From the sequence record OP953026.1: a stretch of 64,000 nucleotides of DNA. One strand, written 5' to 3'. Numbering within the stretch: the stretch's first letter is position 1; each line of letters begins with the position of its first letter. Of the stretch, positions 46,305 to 55,672 are shown one piece after another. The position numbers were made by a program, and so were the translations under genes. Under the pieces are notes generated by a model, which did no database searches, was not told the DNA's origin, and worked only from the letters and a program-made list of their open reading frames with translations.

Positions 46305-47228
46305 AAGGGCGTCATCTGTAAGGTAATGGAAGATGAAGATATGCCTATTGACGAAAATGGTAATAGGGCAGATCTAATTATCTTTGGTGGTTCAACCATG
46401 CGTCGTTCAAATTATGGTCGAATTTATGAACATGGTTTTGGCGCAGCTGCACGAGATCTAGCTCAACGCCTACGCGTTGAAGCTGGACTAGATCGACATG
46501 CCAAACCAACCCAGCAACAACTAAATAGTGTAATGGGTAATACGCAATGGGTTGATTATGCATTTAAAGAACTATTAGGTTTCTATGAGATCATTGCTCC
46601 AACAATGCATAGTAAAATGATGGAACACCCAAATCCAGCAGAACATGTTAAAACAGTACTAATGGATGGATTCCCATATATCTACGCACCAGTTGATGAT
46701 CCAGTGGATCTAATGGCAGCAGTCAACAAATTAATTAATAGCGATAAGTATCGACCACACTATGGGAAGGTATCTTATCGAGATCAAGCTGGTAAGTGGG
46801 TAACAACTAAAGATAATGTCTTAATGGGTCCACTTTACATGATGCTACTAGAAAAGATTGGTGAAGACTGGTCAGCAGCAGCATCTGTAAAAACACAACC
46901 ATTTGGTCTACCTTCTAAGTTAAACAATGCTGATAGGGCTAGCACACCTGGTCGAGAAACAGCTATCCGGTCATTCGGTGAATCTGAAACTCGGTCATAT
47001 AACTGTACAGTTGGTCCAGGTCCGACTGCTGAAATCTTAGACCAAACTAATAACCCATTGGCGCATGTTGCGGTTATCGAGTCTTGGCTAACAGCAGAAA
47101 AACCTTCATCTGTACCAGTTGCAGTTGATCGTGAAAAGATTCCATTTGGTGGATCTCGCCCAGTAGCTATGTTTGATCACCTGCTTGAATGTAGTGGTAT
47201 TGCATTAGAATATGCCCCTGATCATTGA
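46305..47228 (+). CDS. nvRNAP beta C-terminal subunit, exon 2 (phiKZ gp73)
   Basis: KGVICKVMEDEDMP...ADLI; RSFGESE motif. Confidence 0.88.
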   Translation, partial: KGVICKVMEDEDMPIDENGNRADLIIFGGSTMRRSNYGRIYEHGFGAAARDLAQRLRVEAGLDRHAKPTQQQLNSVMGNTQWVDYAFKELLGFYEIIAPTMHSKMMEHPNPAEHVKTVLMDGFPYIYAPVDDPVDLMAAVNKLINSDKYRPHYGKVSYRDQAGKWVTTKDNVLMGPLYMMLLEKIGEDWSAAASVKTQPFGLPSKLNNADRASTPGRETAIRSFGESETRSYNCTVGPGPTAEILDQTNNPLAHVAVIESWLTAEKPSSVPVAVDREKIPFGGSRPVAMFDHLLECSGIALEYAPDH

Positions 47229-47258
47229 TCAGGGGTTTAATAATACAAGAGGTAAATA

Positions 47259-49292
47259 ATGAATCTTAATCGTTATAAAGCGCGTGATCTTCTAAATCTA
47301 AGTTATGATGATTTATGGTCACTCCCTTCAGAATGGCATCTAATCGAATTTGATGATGGTAAAACGGTTGTGTCAGTTGACCGTATTACCAAATTATCCG
47401 TTCTGTGTTGGTATCCTCTTAAACATTATAAAGATTGCCCAATTCCATCTGATCACCATATCGATTTCAATCGCATCTTAACTGATAATCCTAAAGATTA
47501 TCTAAATGTTGAAGGTGGCCGAGTAACATCTAAGGCCATGGTTAAGCATTTAAATAAGGCTATTTGGAACATCTATGATTGGTCAGGTGAAACAGTAGAT
47601 CCTGAAGTACTATCTAAACTGGCTATTGAAGGTAAGAACTGGCTGTATAATCAGACCACTGTGAAACTGTCTGAATATCTAGCAACCTTGTCGATGTTTG
47701 ATATTGCTGAAGTATATAATCATCCCAAGGTACGTGAGGCTAACCATAATATCGAACCAACTACTTATGGTATCGAAAAAATTAGTTATGGTAAAGTCAA
47801 AGAAGTATTTAATGATCCTACCCAATTCATTGGTAACAGCATCATTGAAGGTCTTCGTTCTGGTACTCAGAAAACTGAACAGCTTCTACAAGCATTTGCT
47901 TGGCGGGGCTTTCCAACTGACATTAACTCAGATATCTTTAAATATCCGGTAACAACTGGTTATATTGATGGTATTTGGAATCTGTATGAGAATATGATTG
48001 AATCTCGTTCAGGTACTAAAGCACTACTATATAACAAAGAACTACTGCGAGTAACTGAATACTTTAACCGGAAATCTCAGCTTATTGCACAATATGTCCA
48101 AAGGCTACATCCTGGTGATTGTAAGACCACAATCTTAGCTGAGTATCCTGTAACTAAGTTAACTTTAAAAGCATTCAAAGGAAAATATTATCAAAAAGAA
48201 GATGGTAAACTAGACTGGATCCGTGGAAATGAAACACACCTAATTGGAACTAAACAGAAATTCAGGTCTGTATTTGGATGTAATCATCCAGATAGTCAGG
48301 GTATCTGTATGACTTGTTATGGCCGACTAGGTATCAATATTCCAAAAGGAACTAATATCGGTCAGGTTGCTGCCGTATCGATGGGTGACAAAATTACTTC
48401 AGCAGTATTGTCTACTAAACACACCGATGCGTCTTCTGCTGTAGAACAATATAAACTTGGCAAAATTGAAAGTAATTATTTAAGAACAGGTGAAATCCCA
48501 GAGACACTATATCTAAAGAAAGAACTTACTCAGAAGGATTATCGTTTAGTAATCGCACGGTCAGAGGCAGAAAACCTTGCTGACATTTTAATGATTGATG
48601 ACCTTACTGCATATCCAGCTACTTCAGCTACTGAACTAACCAGCCTGGCCCTAGTCTATGATGATGAGGTGAATGGTGAATGTGGTGATGTTCTGACTGT
48701 GTCGCTGTATAACCGTAGGGCTAGTCTATCTATTGAAATGCTAAAGCATATTAAGATGGTCCGTTGGGAACTAGATCAGCGAGACAATATCGTCATTAGT
48801 CTTCGTGGTTTTGATTTTAACCTACCATTCTTAACGCTACCAAATAAGCACGTAAACATGTATGAAGTAATGAAACGATTCCAAAGTTTCTTACATTCCG
48901 GTAGTGACTCAGCCGAGGCAGGTAAACTAAGCACTGAGAAAGTTGGATATACGTCTAAAACGTATCTTAAAAACTACAAGTCACCAATTGAAGCACTACC
49001 TGTATTTGCAACAATGGCTAATGAAAAGATTAGCCTTAATATTTCCCATTGTGAGATCTTGATATACGCTATGATGATCCGTTCAGCTCAATATCGAGAC
49101 TATCGCTTACCTAAACCCGGTATTAATGGCCAATTTGAAAAATATAATAGGCTAATGCAATGTCGTAGTTTAGGTGGTGCGATGGCTTTCGAAAAGCAGC
49201 ATGAGCCACTAAATAACCCAGGCAGTTTCCTTAACAAGATGAGGAATGACCATCCATATGACTTACTAGTTAAAGGTGGTAAACTGCGATAG
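47259..49292 (+). CDS. nvRNAP beta-prime C-terminal subunit (phiKZ gp74)
   Basis: 677 aa; CMTCYG zinc site; GQVAAVSMGDKITSAVLSTKH trigger-loop-like segment. Confidence 0.88.
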   Translation: MNLNRYKARDLLNLSYDDLWSLPSEWHLIEFDDGKTVVSVDRITKLSVLCWYPLKHYKDCPIPSDHHIDFNRILTDNPKDYLNVEGGRVTSKAMVKHLNKAIWNIYDWSGETVDPEVLSKLAIEGKNWLYNQTTVKLSEYLATLSMFDIAEVYNHPKVREANHNIEPTTYGIEKISYGKVKEVFNDPTQFIGNSIIEGLRSGTQKTEQLLQAFAWRGFPTDINSDIFKYPVTTGYIDGIWNLYENMIESRSGTKALLYNKELLRVTEYFNRKSQLIAQYVQRLHPGDCKTTILAEYPVTKLTLKAFKGKYYQKEDGKLDWIRGNETHLIGTKQKFRSVFGCNHPDSQGICMTCYGRLGINIPKGTNIGQVAAVSMGDKITSAVLSTKHTDASSAVEQYKLGKIESNYLRTGEIPETLYLKKELTQKDYRLVIARSEAENLADILMIDDLTAYPATSATELTSLALVYDDEVNGECGDVLTVSLYNRRASLSIEMLKHIKMVRWELDQRDNIVISLRGFDFNLPFLTLPNKHVNMYEVMKRFQSFLHSGSDSAEAGKLSTEKVGYTSKTYLKNYKSPIEALPVFATMANEKISLNISHCEILIYAMMIRSAQYRDYRLPKPGINGQFEKYNRLMQCRSLGGAMAFEKQHEPLNNPGSFLNKMRNDHPYDLLVKGGKLR

Positions 49293-49350
49293 ACGTGGAG
49301 GACGTGAGGTTTGGGGAGCACTGCTCCCCTTACCGATCGTTGATTTTTTT

Positions 49351-50889
49351 ATGAAACCGATTCTTACAGCAGAACGATACACCCATGGTGTTCGTTTATC
49401 CGGTTACGATCGGGAAACATACTTAAAGATGACTGGATATCTTAATAAACTGGTTTTAAAAGAACCTAAGAAGATACCTGGTCAACGCACCATAATGGAA
49501 ATAAAGAAAAAATATTATGGTGAAACAGAAGATGGTAAATCTGTATTCATCCATCGTGAATGTCTTCAAGAACTTATTAATTATCTAGCCGATAAGAATA
49601 TACCATCTACTAGAATTGAAATTGTAGATATTCCTGTACCAACAGCTGTTAAAGTAGACTATACTTTATTTGAACATTATGTTCTAAGGGATTATCAGGA
49701 AACCATCCGCGAAGATATTCTAAGACCACATTTACATTCAGCACGTGTTGATTTACAGACTGGTAAAGGTAAAACCTTAACTAGTTTAGCTTCAGTTGCA
49801 GTAATGAAAGAACGTGGTGTTGTTATGATTCCACCTAAATATTTCGGTATTTGGGAGAAAGCATTAAAAGAAACATTTGTTGGTTATGAAGATCAGCTAG
49901 GTATAAAATATTTAAAAGTATCTGGATCTGCTGAGTTACAGAATCTAATTAATCGCGGACTAGAGAATGATTTAGAGGGTGTTGAAATTATTCTCATTAG
50001 TTCTACAACATACCGTGCATATATCGATACTTTTGAACGATTAGGTGAAAAAATCGATGTAGTTGGATTTAATGTACCACCACCTAGATTCCATGAGGTT
50101 ATTGGAGCAGGTTGGCAGATCAATGATGAGATTCAAGAAGATCCAGGATTAGTATTTCGTACTGATCTATATACCAATGTCAATAAACAAATCTATTTAT
50201 CAGCTACTCCATACACTGGTAATCAGTTTGTTACTAAAATGATTGATGTCATGCTACCTGCCACTACAAAGTGTAGGTTACCTGCATATGACTCATACAT
50301 CAATGTTATTGGCTTGTTATATAGTGAACCAACTATTAAACCTAAGGACTATTTAACTCCATTTAAAAATACATATAACCATGCTCGTTATGAAACAGTA
50401 ATGATGAAGAATCCTAGGCGACTAGACTTCTATTTAAAGATGGTTAAACGTATTGTAGATGGCGTTTATATAAAGGATCGTATTGAAGGTCAGAAATGTT
50501 TGCTATTATGCGCGACTGTAAACTTTATCGATGTACTGACAGCTTATCTTAAGAAACAATATCCAGATCTTCAGATTAATAGACATGTTTCGGGTAGTCC
50601 GTATGATAGATTAATGACTAATGATATCACTGTATCAACTATTAAATCATCTGGTACTGGTGTTGATATTAGGAATTTAAGGGAAGTTATTCTATTACAA
50701 GCAACTGACTCTAAAAAGGACAGCATCCAAATTCTTGGACGACTAAGACCATTGAAGAACTGGCCTGATGTAATACCAAGGTTAACATTCATGGTTTGTA
50801 ATAACATACCTCATCATTGCAGATACGCTAGAAATAAAGAAAATCATTTCATGGGTAAAACTAAAAGTATGCGCATGATGCGTTTATAG
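49351..50889 (+). CDS. SF2 (DExD/H-like) helicase (phiKZ gp75)
   Basis: QTGKGKT, DEIQ, SATP, TGVDI and QILGRLR motifs; track start is GTG 49276, ATG 49351 preferred. Confidence 0.88.
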   Translation: MKPILTAERYTHGVRLSGYDRETYLKMTGYLNKLVLKEPKKIPGQRTIMEIKKKYYGETEDGKSVFIHRECLQELINYLADKNIPSTRIEIVDIPVPTAVKVDYTLFEHYVLRDYQETIREDILRPHLHSARVDLQTGKGKTLTSLASVAVMKERGVVMIPPKYFGIWEKALKETFVGYEDQLGIKYLKVSGSAELQNLINRGLENDLEGVEIILISSTTYRAYIDTFERLGEKIDVVGFNVPPPRFHEVIGAGWQINDEIQEDPGLVFRTDLYTNVNKQIYLSATPYTGNQFVTKMIDVMLPATTKCRLPAYDSYINVIGLLYSEPTIKPKDYLTPFKNTYNHARYETVMMKNPRRLDFYLKMVKRIVDGVYIKDRIEGQKCLLLCATVNFIDVLTAYLKKQYPDLQINRHVSGSPYDRLMTNDITVSTIKSSGTGVDIRNLREVILLQATDSKKDSIQILGRLRPLKNWPDVIPRLTFMVCNNIPHHCRYARNKENHFMGKTKSMRMMRL

Positions 50890-50895
50890 TAAATG

Positions 50896-50940
50896 GCATA
50901 AATGATCCCTCCCTTAGTTGGGAGGGATTATGCTTTTTTT
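50896..50940 (+). terminator. Intrinsic terminator
   Basis: ATCCCTCCC-TTAGTT-GGGAGGGAT plus T-run. Confidence 0.85.
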
Positions 50941-51007
50941 TATTTTTTGTATTTAAAGCATTTTAAACAGTATATCACAAATGTGATAAAACTATAGGGT
51001 ATTTACA

Positions 51008-51073
51008 ATGAAGAAAAAATTGATTATGATTACAATTGTAGTTATAGCTTATAAACTATGGGAGTGGAAATAA
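51008..51073 (+). CDS. 21-aa single-helix membrane peptide
   Basis: MKKKLIMITIVVIAYKLWEWK*; TAATG coupling to the next gene; below the track cut-off. Confidence 0.5.
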   Translation: MKKKLIMITIVVIAYKLWEWK

Positions 51074-51330
51074 TGTATACAGTTGATCAGATCTTTGGTG
51101 CAACATGGCTTCTAGTCAGTACTTTGATCTTAGTTGATATTCTTCTAACATGCATGCTGATATTTATTATTAAAACATATCTTGAGTTTAAAGATATCTT
51201 TAATAAAAGTGCATGCCAGTACGCTATGCTTTTTCTCTCCGTAAGCATTGTATTAGTTACCATATGGGTAAGTACTATTGTTAGTTGCTGGACTAACTAT
51301 TCACTGACATGTACAACTTATCTATTTTGA
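51073..51330 (+). CDS. Small membrane protein (2 predicted TM helices)
   Basis: Hydrophobic segments; GGGAG RBS before ATG 51073. Confidence 0.65.
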   Translation: MYTVDQIFGATWLLVSTLILVDILLTCMLIFIIKTYLEFKDIFNKSACQYAMLFLSVSIVLVTIWVSTIVSCWTNYSLTCTTYLF

Positions 51331-51342
51331 TGAGGTGTCTAT

Positions 51343-51534
51343 ATGGCTCGGGTATTGTTATTTTTAGTACCACTATTAATTGCATTTAGTGGATTAATAA
51401 CTTCAATTATATTTCTTGCTGCTGCTAAAACAATCAAACAAAAAGCAATGATTGTAAGTGGCTTGATTTGCAGTATGTTTACCCTTATGTTAGGGTTGTG
51501 GTTATTTAATATGATAATCATGCATATTAAATAG
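51343..51534 (+). CDS. Small membrane protein (2 predicted TM helices)
   Basis: 63 aa, GAGGT RBS. Confidence 0.65.
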   Translation: MARVLLFLVPLLIAFSGLITSIIFLAAAKTIKQKAMIVSGLICSMFTLMLGLWLFNMIIMHIK

Positions 51535-51589
51535 ACATGCTATGTAAGAACAATTGATCATTGTTCTCTAATAATAAGAGCATCCCACT

Positions 51590-51784
51590 ATGGTCTTTTT
51601 GTGTCAACTTATAGTAATAGCCCTTGTGGCTAGTATGGGATATAAAAGTTATCAGATTTATCTTTATGTCAAGTTTGACTTAGATAAAGATAGTATTAAA
51701 TCCCGGTATGTTCGCCAAAAGACACTGCTTGTTGTTTTATATGGCTTCTTTGCTTTATTCCCATTAGGATATCTGATGGTTTAA
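51590..51784 (+). CDS. Small membrane protein (2 predicted TM helices)
   Basis: 64 aa with two hydrophobic segments. Confidence 0.6.
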   Translation: MVFLCQLIVIALVASMGYKSYQIYLYVKFDLDKDSIKSRYVRQKTLLVVLYGFFALFPLGYLMV

Positions 51785-51879
51785 TAAATATTACCCCGCC
51801 TTTTATTGGTGGGGTAATATGCCATCTTTATATCAAAAGACTTTTGAATATCATATCCCACCCTGATAAGGAGTAGACC

Positions 51880-52023
51880 ATGCAAGTACGAATTGAGGTA
51901 ATCAATAGTGAGGGCAATCTGGATATCGAAGAACGGGTTGATATCCGCCCAATGAAGGGGTTAACGGCCTGGATGGTCGCTCTAGCTATCAAAGGTCTTG
52001 TAGCTAGCTTTGCACGTAAGTAA
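51880..52023 (+). CDS. 47-aa protein with a hydrophobic C-terminal helix
   Basis: TAAGGAG RBS; MQVRIEVINSEGNLDIEERVDIRPMKGLTAWMVALAIKGLVASFARK*; ends at the terminator 52029-52075. Confidence 0.7.
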   Translation: MQVRIEVINSEGNLDIEERVDIRPMKGLTAWMVALAIKGLVASFARK

Positions 52024-52073
52024 GGCGACATAAACCCCTCTCCACATGGAGAGGGGCCTGTCTTTATTTTTTT

Positions 52074-52589
52074 TTATTTAGTTAACGGCTTGTTTAATTC
52101 ATTTAACTGGTTATTGTTATTAACAGCTTCATTATGGGTAATATTTCTACATAATTCAATTATGTATTCTACCTCAGAATAAGCTAATTCAAAGAATTCA
52201 GTTAATGACATATTAGATAAGCTACCTACTTTATACTTGAAGAAATCTCTAGTCAGTCTCCTTCTCAACCCACCTTCGATAAAGTCCTCTTTAGGATTTA
52301 CCTTATTTAACCACATGGGTCCGTTTTCTGGTGAACCGATATCGTAATCAAGTAGATATGCTTCTCTTGTTAAACGTGCTGCTGTAGACGGTCTTACTGC
52401 CCCTACTGTCGATAATAGTCTATCTAAGTGTGTATCATCTTCAGTTAACTTATCATAACCAAAGTTTGGATGTAGGATGTGACCACTATCTTCCTTGAAA
52501 GTGGCCTCAAGACGACTATATCTCAGATCATTAACTACACCATCCGGTTTGACTTCGAGGCCGCCAAAGTAAAAAAAGTTGACAGCATG
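52074..52589 (-). CDS. -1 frame extension of gp77 (T-like part of a G/GT chaperone pair)
   Basis: 171 open codons; first in-frame ATG only at codon 92 (52316); slippery T TTT TTT at 52571-52577. Confidence 0.7.
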   Translation of the reverse strand, partial: HAVNFFYFGGLEVKPDGVVNDLRYSRLEATFKEDSGHILHPNFGYDKLTEDDTHLDRLLSTVGAVRPSTAARLTREAYLLDYDIGSPENGPMWLNKVNPKEDFIEGGLRRRLTRDFFKYKVGSLSNMSLTEFFELAYSEVEYIIELCRNITHNEAVNNNNQLNELNKPLTK

Positions 52590-54136
52590 TCAATAGGGAT
52601 TAAGTGTGGGAAACGTTCTTTAAATTTAGTAGCAGCAGGTGACTCACATACTGGACAATTCCAACTTGTAATTGCAATCATTCCAATTAGTTGTGAATCA
52701 ATGAAGTTACTCACCGCATTAATAAAGCGGTCATTATATTCCGGTGTGGATAGAATATTAGTTAAGAACTTTTCAATAGTTTCACGATTAGTGGTTGCAG
52801 TACGAATATTGTCTTCAGAACTTTCACCATCGTCATCTTCACGTACTTTAATTTCTTTAACAAAATGTGAGAACTGACGGGCAATAGAGATCTTTTGTAA
52901 ACGTGCAATATACTGAGAACGTTGCGGACCATCGACTGGTTCATTAAAACTACCTTGAGTCATATCGATAATTGAGTTAATCCAACTATCACCAGACTCT
53001 CGGCGATCAGCAATTGTACACATCTCAAGAACAACACCAACGTCACCAAACATTTCAGTTACTTGAGTTTCAATACGGAATCCTTCTTTATAAGTCTTAA
53101 GATCAGATTCAGTACATGCATTAAACTTACGTGCAATATATTTCTTTTGTTCTTCTGAGAATGCCAGTAGATCATATTGAACAAGCGTTGACATATTAAG
53201 TTTCGCTGTTTCAATATGGTTACATGTATTGGCATCTGCAATGCATGGATAACTATAATTAAATCCATCTGGATACATAGTCGCCGCTAGTGCGTGATGC
53301 AAGAACGGCTCATCAGCTACTGAGATAACATGCTCTAGATCAGTTGGGGTGTTGAACTTATAGTTGGATTGAATAACACATGCAAGTGCTAAACTACTAA
53401 CCATGTTAAGTAACACAGCTGCCATGTTTGAGAACAGCATACCTTTTGATTCAGCGCCTAGCCGGATCTTTAATTGTGCTAGACGTGCTTGTAGGGCAGC
53501 TACTTCAGTACCAGTAGGTGCACGTAGTTTTACCCAAATACCTGAATGAGGTAGGAAAGTATCATATGGCGTACCGATGTTAGCTTTACGTGTTAGGAAA
53601 ACTAGAGTTTCATCATCGGTCATTTTACGACCATTGGTATTAAATACAGGTCGGCCAGGTCGAATGATCTTTTCACCATAAGGAATTTCACTAGACCATT
53701 CAGAACCTTCTCGGGCAGTTGCACCGATTGGTGCATCTTCAACAATAGAGTGAGCTAAGCCTTCCAGAATAGCAGCTGTCCACTTTACACCGTCACTAGT
53801 GTCATCTACTTTATTATCAGCAAATGCTTTAAATAGTTCTTTATTGTGATCCAGGAAATTATAAACAGTCTGGGGATTCTCACGTAGTAAAGTAAGAATG
53901 CTAGCACTATCTTTAATAGCCGGTTCAGAAGCATCCCGGATATTTCCAGTTTTAGCATTACGTGGAATACGTAGTTTAATTTCTTTTTGATCAGGAACGA
54001 AAGGTGGAGTTTCCACCTCGTCATTATTTTCAATACTAGAGTCAGGATCGTGTTGCGCATTGATCTCATCAATTTGATCTAGTAAATTCTCTTCTGGAGT
54101 ATCATCGTACTCATTATCGAAGTCAGCAGTAGCCAT
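52535..54136 (-). CDS. Conserved protein gp77-like; probable tail/baseplate assembly chaperone
   Basis: 533 aa; LRAPTG, CIAD..C and CPVC motifs resemble T4 gp26/gp51-type chaperones. Confidence 0.65.
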   Translation of the reverse strand: MATADFDNEYDDTPEENLLDQIDEINAQHDPDSSIENNDEVETPPFVPDQKEIKLRIPRNAKTGNIRDASEPAIKDSASILTLLRENPQTVYNFLDHNKELFKAFADNKVDDTSDGVKWTAAILEGLAHSIVEDAPIGATAREGSEWSSEIPYGEKIIRPGRPVFNTNGRKMTDDETLVFLTRKANIGTPYDTFLPHSGIWVKLRAPTGTEVAALQARLAQLKIRLGAESKGMLFSNMAAVLLNMVSSLALACVIQSNYKFNTPTDLEHVISVADEPFLHHALAATMYPDGFNYSYPCIADANTCNHIETAKLNMSTLVQYDLLAFSEEQKKYIARKFNACTESDLKTYKEGFRIETQVTEMFGDVGVVLEMCTIADRRESGDSWINSIIDMTQGSFNEPVDGPQRSQYIARLQKISIARQFSHFVKEIKVREDDDGESSEDNIRTATTNRETIEKFLTNILSTPEYNDRFINAVSNFIDSQLIGMIAITSWNCPVCESPAATKFKERFPHLIPIDMLSTFFTLAASKSNRMV

Positions 54137-54147
54137 TTAAAACTCCA

Positions 54148-54642
54148 TTATTGTTGAATTAGTTTTTCGTCCCAACCAGCTTCTCGAAGAGTGCCGATCA
54201 TCGCTAGGATTACACCATCAATACCGCGTTCAATAGCACCTTCAATACCAGTGTATTTAGTAACAAGTTCACTGATGAGTTTTAGTTCATCTTCATTATT
54301 TGCTGGACCAGCCTTACCTTGATGTTGTGCATATAGGACACTGATAATTTTAGTTAGTCGATTAAGGTCAGCAATAACTGTTTGTAGGTTCTTTTGGAAT
54401 CCAGTAGGATCAGATAACGTCGGAATGATTTCATTGATCTTATTGATAACTGGATTAATGAATACTTCAGTTTGTAGAATACGTTTACCTACGGAACCTG
54501 CTAGTACATTGACAACATCCCAACCATCACGGTTAAGAATATGATCAGCTGCGGCAGCTGATGCTCCAACAGCACGTTCAAATAGACGTAGAGTCTTTTC
54601 CTGTTCTTTAGTTAGAGTTGGTTCTTTAGCTTTATTTGACAT
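54148..54642 (-). CDS. Hypothetical helical protein (gp78-like)
   Basis: 164 aa, GGAG RBS. Confidence 0.7.
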   Translation of the reverse strand: MSNKAKEPTLTKEQEKTLRLFERAVGASAAAADHILNRDGWDVVNVLAGSVGKRILQTEVFINPVINKINEIIPTLSDPTGFQKNLQTVIADLNRLTKIISVLYAQHQGKAGPANNEDELKLISELVTKYTGIEGAIERGIDGVILAMIGTLREAGWDEKLIQQ

Positions 54643-54781
54643 CTTGTTATACTCCGATAGAGGCTTAATTTAATATTTGCCAATATAAATTGACAAATGA
54701 AAAAAAATGATTAGTTCAACATATATTTAACACATTTGGTAATTTTACACTATATTAAAGAATAACTATCTGTCCAACCCT

Positions 54782-55672
54782 ATGTTAATAATTCCGTATA
54801 AAAAGGATATCGTCATGAAAGATTTCATTGATAGTCATCTTACGCCTCTTATACATGAAGAGCGTAAAGAAGTTATCCTAGACTGCGTAGCATCTTTTGA
54901 AAAGATTAATTATGTTGCAGCTCTAGATGAACTAAATACAGTATGTCAGATTCAATCAGGTATCTCAGATAATGCAATGCTTCTTTCTCGCATTGATGAT
55001 ATCATTCGCATTGCACAAGATGAAATTCTAAATGAGCATCTTATTAAAATTAGTGATGAAGCAACTCAGGCTGAGCGGCAAGCTGTTGTTAATACACTCC
55101 TTAGTTTAGAAGATTACATTATTCCAGATGAAGTGAATGATATTCTGTTAGCTGAATATTCACCCGAAGAGACATTAGCGCATCTGGTAGAACTTATTGA
55201 TACAAGTGTAGATTTCTTAAATATCATTGACTTAATTGAAAGTGTATCGCCAACACTTATTAGTAATATTACATCATTTATTCAGTCAGTACTTACTACC
55301 CGTGGTCAAGCATATGGCAATGTAAGTAATGTTGAACGGATTAATTTAATTAATCGCCTTATTCGTATTCATACGCGTGCATCATTTAAGTTAGCTATGG
55401 AACTAGTTAATGCAGGATTACGTGTTGGTAAAAGGAATATTGATGACCTATTACAAATTTCATTTGGCCCATTAGATGCTATGACGCCTATTGAAGTTGC
55501 TAAAGAAATTGTCGGATTGGTATTAATTTCAAATACTGAACAGAATGAAATTAGTAGAACGGTAATGGGTATTATAGATGATTTCACATCTAACAATATT
55601 GAACGATCTATTATGGAAAATGAAGCTAAAAAGATTTTAAATAGCATAGGTGATACTAATGAAATTACGTGA
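54782..55672 (+). CDS. Conserved virion-associated protein (gp79-like)
   Basis: 296 aa (likely start MKDFIDSH after AAGGA). Confidence 0.7.
   Translation: MLIIPYKKDIVMKDFIDSHLTPLIHEERKEVILDCVASFEKINYVAALDELNTVCQIQSGISDNAMLLSRIDDIIRIAQDEILNEHLIKISDEATQAERQAVVNTLLSLEDYIIPDEVNDILLAEYSPEETLAHLVELIDTSVDFLNIIDLIESVSPTLISNITSFIQSVLTTRGQAYGNVSNVERINLINRLIRIHTRASFKLAMELVNAGLRVGKRNIDDLLQISFGPLDAMTPIEVAKEIVGLVLISNTEQNEISRTVMGIIDDFTSNNIERSIMENEAKKILNSIGDTNEIT

Noticed and set aside
49276-49350. gp74-helicase overlap as a recoding site
   Set aside because: +1 relation with no slippery motif; a normal ATG exists at 49351.
51828-52031. Arg/Ser-rich minus-strand 67-aa ORF
   Set aside because: Antisense to a plus-strand 47-aa ORF with a perfect RBS; its own ATG lies in the terminator arm.
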